A stretch of 64,000 nt of DNA from Pseudobdellovibrionaceae bacterium (GTDB lineage Bacteria > Bdellovibrionota > Bdellovibrionia > Bdellovibrionales > JAMPXM01). Both the position numbers and the translations under genes were made by a program. How positions within the stretch are numbered: the first letter of the stretch is position 1; the number at the start of each line of letters is the position of its first letter. The stretch lies in assembly GCA_947462815.1 (NCBI GenBank), contig CANHQR010000012.1, forward strand, positions 8,095 through 72,094, read 5' to 3'. Below are positions 29,837-40,020 of this stretch, piece by piece. The notes under the pieces were generated by a model, which saw only the letters and a program-made list of their open reading frames with translations, did not search any database and was not told where the DNA came from.

Positions 29837-31015
29837 ATGAAGCAATCCTCATCTTCTCCACTTTTTCGTCAGATCACTTGGGTGAGCGCACTGGCAGCCG
29901 TCGGCTTCCATGCCTATCTTTTGAACTTGCACTATGGCGTGCATTTTAACAGCAGCAGCGGTCCAGCAATTTGCGACTTGAGCTCGACCTGGAATTGCTC
30001 AACGACCACCGCGAGTGCCTACTCCGAACTTTTGGGCGTCCCCATGGCACTCTGGGGCTTACTCGCGAACGCCGCGGTGATTCTACTCATCGGCCTGCAT
30101 CACTTCTGGGGCGATGGCGAAAATAAAATTCGGCAAAGTCTCATCGTCCTTTCCTCCGGAGTGATCGCTGCGGCTTCGATTGTCATGGGCGGCATATCAG
30201 CGATCGCCATTGGTTCAATCTGTCCCTTTTGCGTCGTCACTTACATCCTGAGCGCGATCACCGCCTGGGGCGCTTGGTCACACTATCGCCCTTCAACTTG
30301 GCAATTCGGACCTCCCTTCACTCAACTCGCCTCCTTGGTTGTGGGCGGCCTCGCGGTGGGCCTGATCGCCGATCAGATGTTCGAAGACAGCTACAACAAA
30401 GGACCCCAAGGACAGGAGTTCATTCGCGCAGTGGTGTCCGATTGGCATCAAGCGCCGACGATCGAATTGGCCGATCAGGGCCCACTCGTCATGGGTCCAA
30501 GCCGAGATGCGGCCAAACTCACCATTGTCGAGTTCGCTGATTTCCGCTGTGGACATTGCCGTTCCGCCGCCGCGCCTTTAAAGAGCTTTGCTCGCGCCAA
30601 TACCGATGTCCGTTTTGAGTTTTACACTTGGCCTCTTGATGGCGAGTGCAATACCGCCATCGGACAAAACAACGGCGCCTCCTGTTTGCTCGCGCGCGTG
30701 GCGTGGTGCGGAGAAAAGCTCGGCCAAAAAGGTTGGGAGATGCAGGAGCAAATCTTTGCTCGATTTGAAAAATGGCGAACCTTGGACAATGTGAAGTCTG
30801 GCATGGCCGAACTCGCCCAGAGCACGGGGCTCGCAGCGAGCGATCTTGAGACTTGCTCGAGCTCTCCCGAGGCGCGAGAGGCCATCGTCAAACACGCGGC
30901 CTTAGGCACAACCCTGGGGCTTCGAGGAACGCCATCGATCTTTATCAATGGTCGGCAACTCATGGCGGAGCCCACAATTCCGGTTCTCAATGCGATCAAG
31001 AAAGCGGCGAAGTAA
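29837..31015 (+). CDS. VKOR-family disulfide oxidoreductase fused to a DsbA/thioredoxin-like domain
   Basis: Start at ATG 29837 (MKQSSSSPLFRQITWVSALAAVGFHAYLL). Loop cysteines ICDLSSTWNCS, membrane CPFC, then TIVEFADFRCGHCRSAAAP (CxxC thioredoxin fold). Confidence 0.85.
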   Translation: MKQSSSSPLFRQITWVSALAAVGFHAYLLNLHYGVHFNSSSGPAICDLSSTWNCSTTTASAYSELLGVPMALWGLLANAAVILLIGLHHFWGDGENKIRQSLIVLSSGVIAAASIVMGGISAIAIGSICPFCVVTYILSAITAWGAWSHYRPSTWQFGPPFTQLASLVVGGLAVGLIADQMFEDSYNKGPQGQEFIRAVVSDWHQAPTIELADQGPLVMGPSRDAAKLTIVEFADFRCGHCRSAAAPLKSFARANTDVRFEFYTWPLDGECNTAIGQNNGASCLLARVAWCGEKLGQKGWEMQEQIFARFEKWRTLDNVKSGMAELAQSTGLAASDLETCSSSPEAREAIVKHAALGTTLGLRGTPSIFINGRQLMAEPTIPVLNAIKKAAK

Positions 31016-31033
31016 CTATAGTCTTTGGCGCGG

Positions 31034-31672
31034 TCAAAGTCCGAGCTTTTGAAAGACCCATTCCGCCAAGCTGTCCGACCAAGAATCCATTAAAACGGAA
31101 AACGCGGGAATCATCCCGCGTGAGAGATCTCGAATAAAGAAATACGAGATGAGTACGGCCACGCAAATGAAGAAGGTCTTTACCACCCAAACAGTTGAGC
31201 GCAGATCTTCGACCTTCAGTTCTCTTTCGATCGCTTCAATTTTCGCCAGAGTCACTTTGAGCTCTTCAAAGTGATCGACCGCCTTTTCAAAAAGTTCTTT
31301 TTGCTTACTCATATTGAGCGAAGCGAATCCAGGAAAGTTTCGCTTGGCGCGAACGGCTTGAATGAGGTCCTGTGAATGCTTGACGAGGCGCTCGGCGCGT
31401 TCTTTGAACATCGGGAAGTCAGGCCGAGAATCCAGATGGGCATGCAGTTCAGCAACAGCTTTGTCGTAACGTTCGTCCGCGACAAAACTCATGATCAAAG
31501 TGCGCAAGCAATCTCGCGGCTGAATGGTGCCGATAATATGGCGCATACGCTGCGCCATCGCACCCGCCGCGTCTTTTCGACTCGCCTCGCTGGCCAGCTC
31601 AACAAGGCCCGGCTTGGATTCCTGTCCTGGGATTTCGATGTTGATCTCTGTTAGCTTTGGCGCTGCACCCAT
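31034..31672 (-). CDS. Hypothetical protein with C-terminal transmembrane helix
   Basis: 212 aa. Helical N-terminal part, TM VWVVKTFFICVAVLISYFFI. No family recognised. Confidence 0.5.
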   Translation of the reverse strand: MGAAPKLTEINIEIPGQESKPGLVELASEASRKDAAGAMAQRMRHIIGTIQPRDCLRTLIMSFVADERYDKAVAELHAHLDSRPDFPMFKERAERLVKHSQDLIQAVRAKRNFPGFASLNMSKQKELFEKAVDHFEELKVTLAKIEAIERELKVEDLRSTVWVVKTFFICVAVLISYFFIRDLSRGMIPAFSVLMDSWSDSLAEWVFQKLGL

Positions 31673-31841
31673 GGGATTTTTATCGGCGTGATTCCGACTC
31701 GACTTGACCCATGTCTAGGATCGAGACATGGAACTGGACCTCTGTCTGGCTCTCAAGGCTGTACGATTCGAGGCTTTGACTCGACTCGACTAGCCTGAGA
31801 GCCTGAGCTCGATCGCTCTTCAAGGACGAGGAGATAGCGAC

Positions 31842-33140
31842 ATGACGCCAACAATGCCCGAGTTGCCAGCCCCAGAGATTGCCGTCAACGGCGACTCCCC
31901 AACGACGACTCATTTGGGATCGCCCAAAGTGGCGCTTCCCGATCAGTTGCCTCCGCCTCCTCAGCTCGCCGATGTCCCAGCTCGGATTCTTCACACAGCG
32001 ACCGTCGAGACCCTCATCGATCATGCTGAAGATTTATCGAGTCGCCTCCGCGTGCATTTGCGCCGCAACTCTCTTCTTGAAGGGCAAATCGTCGAGCTTG
32101 AGCAACAGCTCGAGCAAATGGAGAACGAACGACAAACTCTCAAAGCACAAATTGAAATCCTCCGCGAAAAGGATCGCACGGTTGGCGAAAAAATCTTGCA
32201 GGCCGAGGCACGCCAAAAGCGCTTTGAAGAGGAGGCCAAACTGGCTCGCCTCGAAGGTGCCGAACTGAGCCTTCGTAATGAAACTCTGGCGGAAGAGGCC
32301 GCATGCCTTCGTCAGAAACTCGCCGAGCAGACTCGATTTCAGATACGTCGCGAGTCGCTCTACCGACGACGGCTTGAGCGCTGGGTGAAGCCAGGACTGC
32401 TTGCGCGTAAAGAAGAGCGACGACAACTTGAACAGCGAGCCAAGCTTCTCGAGTCCGAAGTCATTCGCCTCCAGGGGTTTGCACAAAAGATGCGTGAAGA
32501 GCATCAGCATCAAACCGACGATGCTCAAAGACGGCTCATCAATTACGAGAAGGATCGAATTCGACTCGTCGATCAGTACGAGAAACGAATTCAACAATTG
32601 CAAGGCGAACTCCAGCGCACGGAAGGCGATCTCATCACCACTCAACAGCGCGCCAAGTCGCTCGATCGCGCGACCGAAGACGCCGCCCGCATGGCCAACG
32701 AAAAGATCTTTTTCGAGCGCCGAGCGCAAGAGCTTGAGAGCCGCTTGCTTGCCGAAACTGAACGACTGCGGGGCGCTTTGGATGAAGTCTCGCAAGAAGC
32801 GGCGACATTGCGGGTGGCCGCAGAAACAGCCCGCCGAGACCGCGAGACCATCGATAAAGCCCGCGTGCAGGCCGACCAACGAGCCATTCGCCTTGAAACG
32901 CAAATCGCAGCTTTGCGACAAACTTGGGGTGAAATGAATTCCCGTCTGGAGCGCGCTGAAGCGGAACGAACCGCTCTTGAAAAGCTCAATCAGGAATTAG
33001 CAATGGCACTTAAGACGGAGCGTGCACGCTCTCAGATTCGATTGACGGATCAGGGCTTGGATCGGCTGGGATTCAAGGAAAACACGGCGTCCGCGCATCC
33101 AGGTCTCACCGAGCTTGAGCGCAAGGGGTTCGGCCTTTGA
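31842..33140 (+). CDS. Coiled-coil protein (432 aa)
   Basis: Pro-rich N-terminus, then continuous charged heptad-like sequence (LEGQIVELEQQLEQMENERQTLKAQIEILREKD...). The 295-aa minus-strand ORF at 32034-32921 is its antisense shadow. Confidence 0.6.
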   Translation: MTPTMPELPAPEIAVNGDSPTTTHLGSPKVALPDQLPPPPQLADVPARILHTATVETLIDHAEDLSSRLRVHLRRNSLLEGQIVELEQQLEQMENERQTLKAQIEILREKDRTVGEKILQAEARQKRFEEEAKLARLEGAELSLRNETLAEEAACLRQKLAEQTRFQIRRESLYRRRLERWVKPGLLARKEERRQLEQRAKLLESEVIRLQGFAQKMREEHQHQTDDAQRRLINYEKDRIRLVDQYEKRIQQLQGELQRTEGDLITTQQRAKSLDRATEDAARMANEKIFFERRAQELESRLLAETERLRGALDEVSQEAATLRVAAETARRDRETIDKARVQADQRAIRLETQIAALRQTWGEMNSRLERAEAERTALEKLNQELAMALKTERARSQIRLTDQGLDRLGFKENTASAHPGLTELERKGFGL

Positions 33141-33208
33141 TGGCCAAGCCCTTCTTGATGATGCCTGTTCAGATCAATGCCTGAAGCCATCGCTCCCGAG
33201 CAGCGAAG

Positions 33209-33742
33209 CTATTCGACCGAATCTTCGAGAGATGCATCGGGCCCATCATCGCCAATTCGCGTCGTGGGCACAGCCTCGCCCGGCTCAATGTGCGATTCAC
33301 GCTTTAGATTCAGGTACCCAAAGCCCTGATTCACCGACGGCTCCTGAGCCCGTAATACGGAAATTGTGTCGAAGCCACGAATCGCCATGTTTTCGTCGTC
33401 GTAGTAGGGCCGATGCCCGAGAGGCGTTGCCTCCAACACCCTACGAAAATCGCTGCTCACCTGCATGAAGCGAATGTCCGTATCCGAACGCAAAGCCAAT
33501 TCGTTGAGCGACTCCAAAAAGGCAAGCAGTCCCGTCGAGCCCACGAACGAAAGTTTAGAAAAATCAAAGAGCACTCGTGCGCCACTGAGAGCCTCCCGGC
33601 AGGCGCGACGAAAGAGATCCGTTGATTCAATATCGACCCGACCGCGCAAACGAACAATCGCCACACGGCCGGTTTCCAAATGTCGCTCTTGGAAAATCGC
33701 CTGCAGAGTTTGGTGCGAAGATCCACCGGCTCCAATCGACAT
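33209..33742 (-). CDS. STAS-domain (anti-sigma-factor-antagonist-like) protein
   Basis: 177 aa. VAIVRLRGRVDIESTDLFRRACREAL..ARVLFDFSKLSFVGSTGLLAFLESLNEL...IRFMQVSSDFRRVLEATPL follows the SpoIIAA/STAS pattern, with a Ser in the FVGSTG position. Confidence 0.65.
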   Translation of the reverse strand: MSIGAGGSSHQTLQAIFQERHLETGRVAIVRLRGRVDIESTDLFRRACREALSGARVLFDFSKLSFVGSTGLLAFLESLNELALRSDTDIRFMQVSSDFRRVLEATPLGHRPYYDDENMAIRGFDTISVLRAQEPSVNQGFGYLNLKRESHIEPGEAVPTTRIGDDGPDASLEDSVE

Positions 33743-34066
33743 AAAGTCCCCCTTGAACTGATCCTCAGTTTAGTGACATGCAGGATAACCCACTAGGCCT
33801 CACTCGACTGTTTCTCGACCCGACCTCCTGACAGAATCATCTCGAGCCCGACTTCAGACTTGACGGCTCGACGACGGATGAGTGCTGGACCATGGGCTGC
33901 TGCTGGCCGCTGGACTTGTGTCGCACAAACTCAGTACCCCTTTCGCGGCTCATTAAAACCTCAGTTCGTTTGGCCGATAAGATCAGCGTTAGATTTTCGT
34001 GACTGAGTCAGACCGAGCAACGCCCGGGCGCCTGAGTACGACAACCGTGAACGCGACAGGATCAGC

Positions 34067-37000
34067 ATGTCCAAGCTCAAAGAACTCATTAGCCGTACAA
34101 TTGGAAGCTTCGGCAAATTCTCTCTTTCGAAAAGCAAGACCTCCGAACACGAACCCTCAGAATCCAGTGGCAGCCAAGGCTGGCTGAAACGACTTCTCGG
34201 CAGCAAGGCTTTGAGCTACCTTCTGTCGCCGTTCACTGTGGGCGTGACGATTTCGGCCGCCATGGCTTGGATCAGCGTCCAATACTACGAAACTCAAAAG
34301 CTCGGCTCGATCGACAACACCTTCATTCGCCAAAGCTCCCTCCAGTCTATTCTCGATCAAATTCACCGCAAAACGATCGACTTTCGACTCATTAACCGCG
34401 GACCGATCCCCGGCCATGAACGAGTGGTCATTCTGGCCATCGATAACGCTTCGATTGATGCCGAAGGTCGGTGGCCATGGCCCAGAGACAAAATTGGCAA
34501 GCTCATTGAAAACACCATCGACGCAGGCGCCTCTGTGATCGGCTTCGACGTCGCCTTCTCAGAGAAGGACCAAAACTCATCCGTCACAACGCTCAGCCGT
34601 TTGCAGCAAGAGCTCACGCGGATGAACAAGCTCGACGAAGTGGGGCAAGAAGAGTTCACGAAAATGTCGGCCGTCGTGAATACGGATAAGAAACTCGCCG
34701 ATATTGTTGGACTCTACGCAGACCAAGTCGTGATGGGTGCGATCCTTGAAAGCGCCGTCAATGTCGGTGATGCGATCTATTCACCGGCCTTTGATTTTTG
34801 TCTCGATGCTCTCTACGAGAGGCGCGGCGAAAAACGCCGATGGGAAAAGGATGAAATCCTGGTTTCTGTGGTCGACCCTCACCTGCAGGAACTCAATCTC
34901 CCAACTCCTTTCGCAGATGGGATTCGAACTTACATGGTGGTCCGCGAAGGATCGATCACGGAGTCCTGGTTTGAGAAGAATGCCGATATGTCGAACCTAC
35001 TCCTCGATGGCTTGCGGCAGCTGGGCCTTGATCTCCCGGCTGACCAACGAGGCGCGCTGCATTGGCTCTTCCCACAAGCCGTCAACGGCAATGAGCAAGC
35101 CTTCTTTGATTTTCTCTCGCAGGCCAAACCGGAATTCGCCAACCGCCCGATGATTCGAAGTCTCATCGATGCCTATCTCAACGTGATGCCGAGACGACGC
35201 AGTATTGAACTCGTCAATGATTTGCGAAAGCTGGGGGAGGACTATTGCAAAGTGGCCCTCACTCAGCGGGACGTGCTTTTGGATCGAAAACGATTTGATC
35301 AGGAGATCCTCACAACGGACCCCGAGCAAGGCCAAGCTCTTTGGAGCGCGACAAGCCCGCGCGAACTCTTTAAGGAACTCCCACGCCTCGCTTCAGAGGG
35401 TAGCGATGAGACTCTGAAGCGCCAAGCCGAAGCCTATCGACAAGTTGATTTTGAACCGGCCTTCGCAAAGTGGCGCTCTCAGCGCGCTATGAATATCGTT
35501 CCCGACTATGGCCGATCCTATCTGAGCTATGACGTGGTTGCCGATCAGACCAAACACACCGGCTACTTTAACGCCGATCTCGATCCGGACGGAACGATTC
35601 GAAAATCCATGCTGGTGGCAAGGCATGGCAACACTTATTACTCCTCGCTCGCCAGCAAGATGTTCGCCATCGATCGAAAGCTTCGCCCCCAAGTGACCTT
35701 GGGAAAGAAGAAGTGGCCGCGAATTGAAGTGCCGGTGAAATATGTGAATCGTTTTGAGTACGTCAATCGCGAAGGGAAAGCCGAACTCAGCGTCCCCGTG
35801 GATGATCGCGGTCGCATGCAAATCAACTATGCGGGATCGCAAAAGATGTTCGCCCACATTTCGGCCACCTCACTTCTCAACAATCGCGGCGGCGAAAACG
35901 ACGCTGAACTTGTGGTCTATCAACAGAAGCTCAATCCGGTGACAGGGCAATTTGAAGAACCCTCCGAACCTACGCGAGTGAAGAGAAATGAATTTCTCAA
36001 AGACAAACTCGTCATCGTCGGCGCGACTGCTCTCGCGCTTTACGATCTGCGAAACACGCCCTTTGAAGAAAACTATCCTGGGGTCGAAACTCACGCGAAT
36101 GTCCTCTCAAATCTCCTGGCTGAGCATGGACGACAAAACGGTCAGCCCACTTTAGCGCCTGGCTGGCTCAAATCACATCCCTTTGAGGCTCGCTGGGCTT
36201 GGTTGATCACGCTCCTCTTGGGCGTCAGCTTGTCCGCTTTCCTCGCTTGGCTTGGGCCGTTTTTGGGCCTGAGTATCACGGCGGGTTACCTTTTCACTCT
36301 CTACGCTGTCGATCGATACTACCTGTTTGCGAATAACACTTTGGTGAACGCGTCCTTGCCATTTTTGTCCTGCGTTTTCGTCTTTGTGGGATCGAACTTC
36401 TATCGCTACTTCATCGAAGAACGTAAGAAGCGAGAGATGAAAGGCACCTTCGCCAAGTACGTTTCTCCCGCTGTCGTAGACGAAATCCTGAAGGATCCGG
36501 GAAACATCGAGCTTGGCGGTAAAAAGATGGAGCTCACCGTCATGTTCTCGGACGTTCGCGGCTTCACGACGATCTCCGAGAAGCTCGATCCAAGGGCTCT
36601 CTCTGATCTTCTGAACAGCTACCTCACGCCGATGACGGATTTGGTCTTTGAAACAAAGGGCACACTCGACAAATACATGGGTGACGCTATCATGGCTTTC
36701 TGGGGCGCTCCCATTCACTTTGCGGACCATGCCGAATATGCCGCACGATGCGCCCTCAAAATGCTCGTCAAGCTTCGCGAGCTCCAGGAAAGCTACCGAG
36801 CCAAAGGCCTGCCTGAGATTGATATTGGGATCGGCCTCAACACAGGAGACATGAGCGTCGGCAACATGGGTTCGAACACGGTTCGCTCTTACACGGTTAT
36901 GGGTGACTCGGTGAACCTGGGCTCACGCCTTGAAGGTATCAATAAGCAATACGGCACACGCATCATCATTTCTGAATTCACGCGGGCCAAACTGGGTAAA

Positions 37001-37321
37001 AGCTTTGTCACCCGAGAGGTCGATTGGGTGCGAGTTAAAGGTAAGGCCCTGCCCGTTCGCATTTTCGAGCTCATGGGTGAGATCGGCACAGGGCCAACTC
37101 AGCCGGACCCTATGCTTTTGCAGCTGCTTCCCCACTTTGAAGCGGGCTTTGCCCATTATCACGAGCGGCGCTTTAGCGAAGCGATCGAGGAGTTCCACAA
37201 GGCTTTGAACATTAAACCCGATGACGAATGTTCCAAACTCTATGTGGAACGTTGCCAAGACTACCTTCAAGAGCCACCGGAGGCCGCTTGGGATGGGGTC
37301 TACACGATGAAGACGAAGTAA
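34067..37321 (+). CDS. CHASE2 sensor - class III adenylate/guanylate cyclase with C-terminal TPR-like segment
   Basis: 1084 aa. CHASE2 block VVILAIDNASIDAEGRWPWPRDKIGKLIENTIDAGASVIGFDVAFSEKD. TM cluster around residue 720-780. Cyclase block ELTVMFSDVRGFTTISEKL...LDKYMGDAIMAFWGAP...GLNTGDMSVGNMGS..RSYTVMGDSVNLGSRLEG. Confidence 0.9.
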   Translation: MSKLKELISRTIGSFGKFSLSKSKTSEHEPSESSGSQGWLKRLLGSKALSYLLSPFTVGVTISAAMAWISVQYYETQKLGSIDNTFIRQSSLQSILDQIHRKTIDFRLINRGPIPGHERVVILAIDNASIDAEGRWPWPRDKIGKLIENTIDAGASVIGFDVAFSEKDQNSSVTTLSRLQQELTRMNKLDEVGQEEFTKMSAVVNTDKKLADIVGLYADQVVMGAILESAVNVGDAIYSPAFDFCLDALYERRGEKRRWEKDEILVSVVDPHLQELNLPTPFADGIRTYMVVREGSITESWFEKNADMSNLLLDGLRQLGLDLPADQRGALHWLFPQAVNGNEQAFFDFLSQAKPEFANRPMIRSLIDAYLNVMPRRRSIELVNDLRKLGEDYCKVALTQRDVLLDRKRFDQEILTTDPEQGQALWSATSPRELFKELPRLASEGSDETLKRQAEAYRQVDFEPAFAKWRSQRAMNIVPDYGRSYLSYDVVADQTKHTGYFNADLDPDGTIRKSMLVARHGNTYYSSLASKMFAIDRKLRPQVTLGKKKWPRIEVPVKYVNRFEYVNREGKAELSVPVDDRGRMQINYAGSQKMFAHISATSLLNNRGGENDAELVVYQQKLNPVTGQFEEPSEPTRVKRNEFLKDKLVIVGATALALYDLRNTPFEENYPGVETHANVLSNLLAEHGRQNGQPTLAPGWLKSHPFEARWAWLITLLLGVSLSAFLAWLGPFLGLSITAGYLFTLYAVDRYYLFANNTLVNASLPFLSCVFVFVGSNFYRYFIEERKKREMKGTFAKYVSPAVVDEILKDPGNIELGGKKMELTVMFSDVRGFTTISEKLDPRALSDLLNSYLTPMTDLVFETKGTLDKYMGDAIMAFWGAPIHFADHAEYAARCALKMLVKLRELQESYRAKGLPEIDIGIGLNTGDMSVGNMGSNTVRSYTVMGDSVNLGSRLEGINKQYGTRIIISEFTRAKLGKSFVTREVDWVRVKGKALPVRIFELMGEIGTGPTQPDPMLLQLLPHFEAGFAHYHERRFSEAIEEFHKALNIKPDDECSKLYVERCQDYLQEPPEAAWDGVYTMKTK

Positions 37322-37480
37322 GCTCGAGTTCGTCGCATCGTTCAAGGACCCAACAGGGCGAGGCCAAGGCCCACCAGCCTTCGACTCGCCCCCCCACCTT
37401 CTCTCAAAATCGCTCAGAAACCCGGCATTTGACGCGCCCTACTCATGACTCGACTTCCCTCAACTCGCTAGGCTTTCTGC

Positions 37481-39943
37481 ATGCGTCTTCGCCGAATCAT
37501 TTGCGCCTTAGCGAGCGGGGCGATCGCCTTGATCGTCGGCATGGTCCCTGCCCAACCGAGCCTCGCGGCGACCAGCGCCAGCATCACGGCCGGTGGGCAA
37601 AACATTCTGCTTTCGGCAGAGTCCATGTTTCGCGACTCAGAAAAACAAAGCATCGAGCTCGTCGGCGACGTGAAGCTCAACTTCGGCGGCCAAGCGATCC
37701 GCTGCGATCGCGCCGTCATTGACTCCAAAAATCGCAAAATCATCGCCGAAGGTAATCTCATCATCGCCAGCGCCACGGCCTACGCCGAGGGAACACGCGC
37801 CGAACTTTCTCTCGCTGATCAAACCGGCGTCATTTACAACGGCTTCGTGAAATCAGGCCAGGTCATCTTTGAAGGTGAGGTGATTCGAAAGACCGGCTCG
37901 ATCACTTACGAAACTCAATCTGCGCGTTACACGGCCTGCACGACCTGTCCCGCGGCTTGGTCATTCTCGGGCTCACGAATTGACGCAGAAATCGGCGGCT
38001 ACGCGTATATCAAGAACACCTTACTCCGCGTGGGCGGCGTACCCATCATTTGGCTTCCCTATCTCATCGTCCCTCTCAAGAGCGAACGCCAAACTGGACT
38101 CTTGATTCCAAGCATTGACTACAGCGGCGACGGCGGTACGGCCGTCACCATCCCGTTCTTCTGGGCCATCTCGCGAAGCCAAGACCTGACCGCCTCAGCG
38201 AAATTCTATTCAAGACGAGGCGGGAAAGCCCTCTTGAACTACCGTTACGTACTCAGCGAGGAGAGCGCGGGCGAACTCAATTTTGCGACGATCAATGACC
38301 AGGTTTTTCTCGAAGACCGCAACTTGCCGGTGCGACCCGGCAGCGAGCGAAGCAACCGCTGGTTCCTCACCTATGATCACCTTTACACCCTACCGGAAGG
38401 TATCATCAATCGAGCGAAGCTGAACTTCGTTTCGGACTTGAGATACCCGCGTGACTTCTCGGAGGAGATCTCAGGGACCGGCGACTCCGCACTTGAAAAT
38501 CGAGTCTCGCTCACCAAGAACTTTGAACATCTTCACTCGAGCCTCGAGGCGGCTTACTACATCAACCAACTGAAGGTCGATCCACTTGAAGGGAACTCGG
38601 ACTCTGTTCATAGATTCCCTGAGATTCAAATCAGCCGCGTTCATCAAAGCATTCTCGATCTTCCAATCAGCGTCAGCTGGAATGCCAAGTATGTGAATTT
38701 TGCTCGTGACGATTTCGCATACGACGATGTGATTCCCGCAACAGTCACAACACCTCGACGCCTCGATCGCACACGCGGCACAGGTGGAACCGGCTCGGGA
38801 AGCTTCGAGCCTGACGTGGACCTGATCCGGACAGGCCAACGAATTGATTTTCAGCCCGAAATTTCGGCGCCCTTTCGTTGGGGCGAGCACATCGATTTCA
38901 TGCCCAGCCTTTCCGTCCGACATACCCAGTACTCGTTTAACGTCTCGCCGAGCCAGAACTCCGCGTTCGATACAGCTCCATTTCGAAGCTATGTCCGTGG
39001 AACTTTCGCGATTCGCACCCAACTGTCGCGGATCTATGACGCTCAAACCACGGATCGCGAGCCCACCTCAGCCGAGTCCGTCGAAAATCCAACCGGCCTC
39101 TTCTCCAGCTTTCAAAGCCCGCAAGGGATCACTCGTCCAGAGCGGCTTCGACATGAAATTGAGCCTGAAATTTCGATTTCAGGAATTCCTTGGCTGCACC
39201 AAAGCAATTCGAAGTTCTTCGGCGACAACGCCCGAATTCCAGTGTTTTTGGCGCAGCAACCCGTGAGTGACTCCGACTTCTTCTCTTCCAAGGGAATTCA
39301 GTTTGATTACAACGATCGAGTCACGCAGCGAAACGTGATCAACCTCTTGATCAATAATCGTTTCGTTCGAAAGTCTTGGAGTGGCGACACTCCCGTCTTC
39401 CGACAAATTGTTTCCGTGAAGACGGGTACAAGTTATGACATCGATGAAGGCGAACGCTCGCCGGCACCCGGGCAAAGAAACTTCCCTTGGTCTGATGTGT
39501 ATTCGATCATCGACGTGCGTTTGGATTCCTTCGATACCAACACCGCATTTCACTACTTCCCCCATCACAAGGTTATGAATACGACCTCTCGCGCTCGAGT
39601 ACGAGACTCACTTGGAAACTTCCTCCAGACGTCTTATTCGCAAGTCTTTTTGATCACTGAAAACATCGAAGAGGCCTATCCAAAACGAACAGAAAACTTC
39701 GGTTTAGCTGCAGGGTTTGATCGTCGCTATCTGAGCTTTGAGGGCGGCATCGACTATTTGCCAGCGAGCTATGCGCCGCTGGATTTCCGCGTCAAATCCT
39801 GGTCGACAAAGTTTAAGCTCATGCCTCCGGGTGACTGCTGGGGAATTCGAGCTTCCTTCCGTCAAGAAATCGGCCGAGGCGTCGAATGGAAGCTCGACTT
39901 CGAATACAATTTTGGCGGTTCAACGCCAGGCTTCTTGGGCTGA
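37481..39943 (+). CDS. lptD: LPS-assembly outer-membrane protein LptD
   Basis: 820 aa. Signal peptide (ALASGAIALIVGMVPAQPSLAA). OstA-like N-domain (IELVGDVKLNFGGQAIRCDRAVIDSKNRKIIAEGNL). ...YTACTTCPAAWSFSGSRID...RQTGLLIPSIDYS... and a large beta-barrel C-terminus. Confidence 0.85.
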   Translation: MRLRRIICALASGAIALIVGMVPAQPSLAATSASITAGGQNILLSAESMFRDSEKQSIELVGDVKLNFGGQAIRCDRAVIDSKNRKIIAEGNLIIASATAYAEGTRAELSLADQTGVIYNGFVKSGQVIFEGEVIRKTGSITYETQSARYTACTTCPAAWSFSGSRIDAEIGGYAYIKNTLLRVGGVPIIWLPYLIVPLKSERQTGLLIPSIDYSGDGGTAVTIPFFWAISRSQDLTASAKFYSRRGGKALLNYRYVLSEESAGELNFATINDQVFLEDRNLPVRPGSERSNRWFLTYDHLYTLPEGIINRAKLNFVSDLRYPRDFSEEISGTGDSALENRVSLTKNFEHLHSSLEAAYYINQLKVDPLEGNSDSVHRFPEIQISRVHQSILDLPISVSWNAKYVNFARDDFAYDDVIPATVTTPRRLDRTRGTGGTGSGSFEPDVDLIRTGQRIDFQPEISAPFRWGEHIDFMPSLSVRHTQYSFNVSPSQNSAFDTAPFRSYVRGTFAIRTQLSRIYDAQTTDREPTSAESVENPTGLFSSFQSPQGITRPERLRHEIEPEISISGIPWLHQSNSKFFGDNARIPVFLAQQPVSDSDFFSSKGIQFDYNDRVTQRNVINLLINNRFVRKSWSGDTPVFRQIVSVKTGTSYDIDEGERSPAPGQRNFPWSDVYSIIDVRLDSFDTNTAFHYFPHHKVMNTTSRARVRDSLGNFLQTSYSQVFLITENIEEAYPKRTENFGLAAGFDRRYLSFEGGIDYLPASYAPLDFRVKSWSTKFKLMPPGDCWGIRASFRQEIGRGVEWKLDFEYNFGGSTPGFLG

Positions 39944-40020
39944 TCACCACGGCAAAATTCTAGGCAAACACGTTGACGAGCTTTCCAAGGGCTGCGGACA
40001 ATAGAGCCACGAGGTGAAAT

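Noticed and set aside
32034-32921. 295-aa minus-strand ORF
   Set aside because: It is antisense to the coiled-coil gene at 31842-33140. Repetitive GAG/CAG/CGC codons leave the opposite strand stop-free. Which strand is real is not fully proven, but the plus frame gives a regular heptad pattern and a longer ORF.
34000-34010. Palindrome TGACTGAGTCA upstream of the cyclase gene as a stand-alone feature
   Set aside because: It is short enough to occur by chance. It is mentioned only as context in the STAS/cyclase finding.
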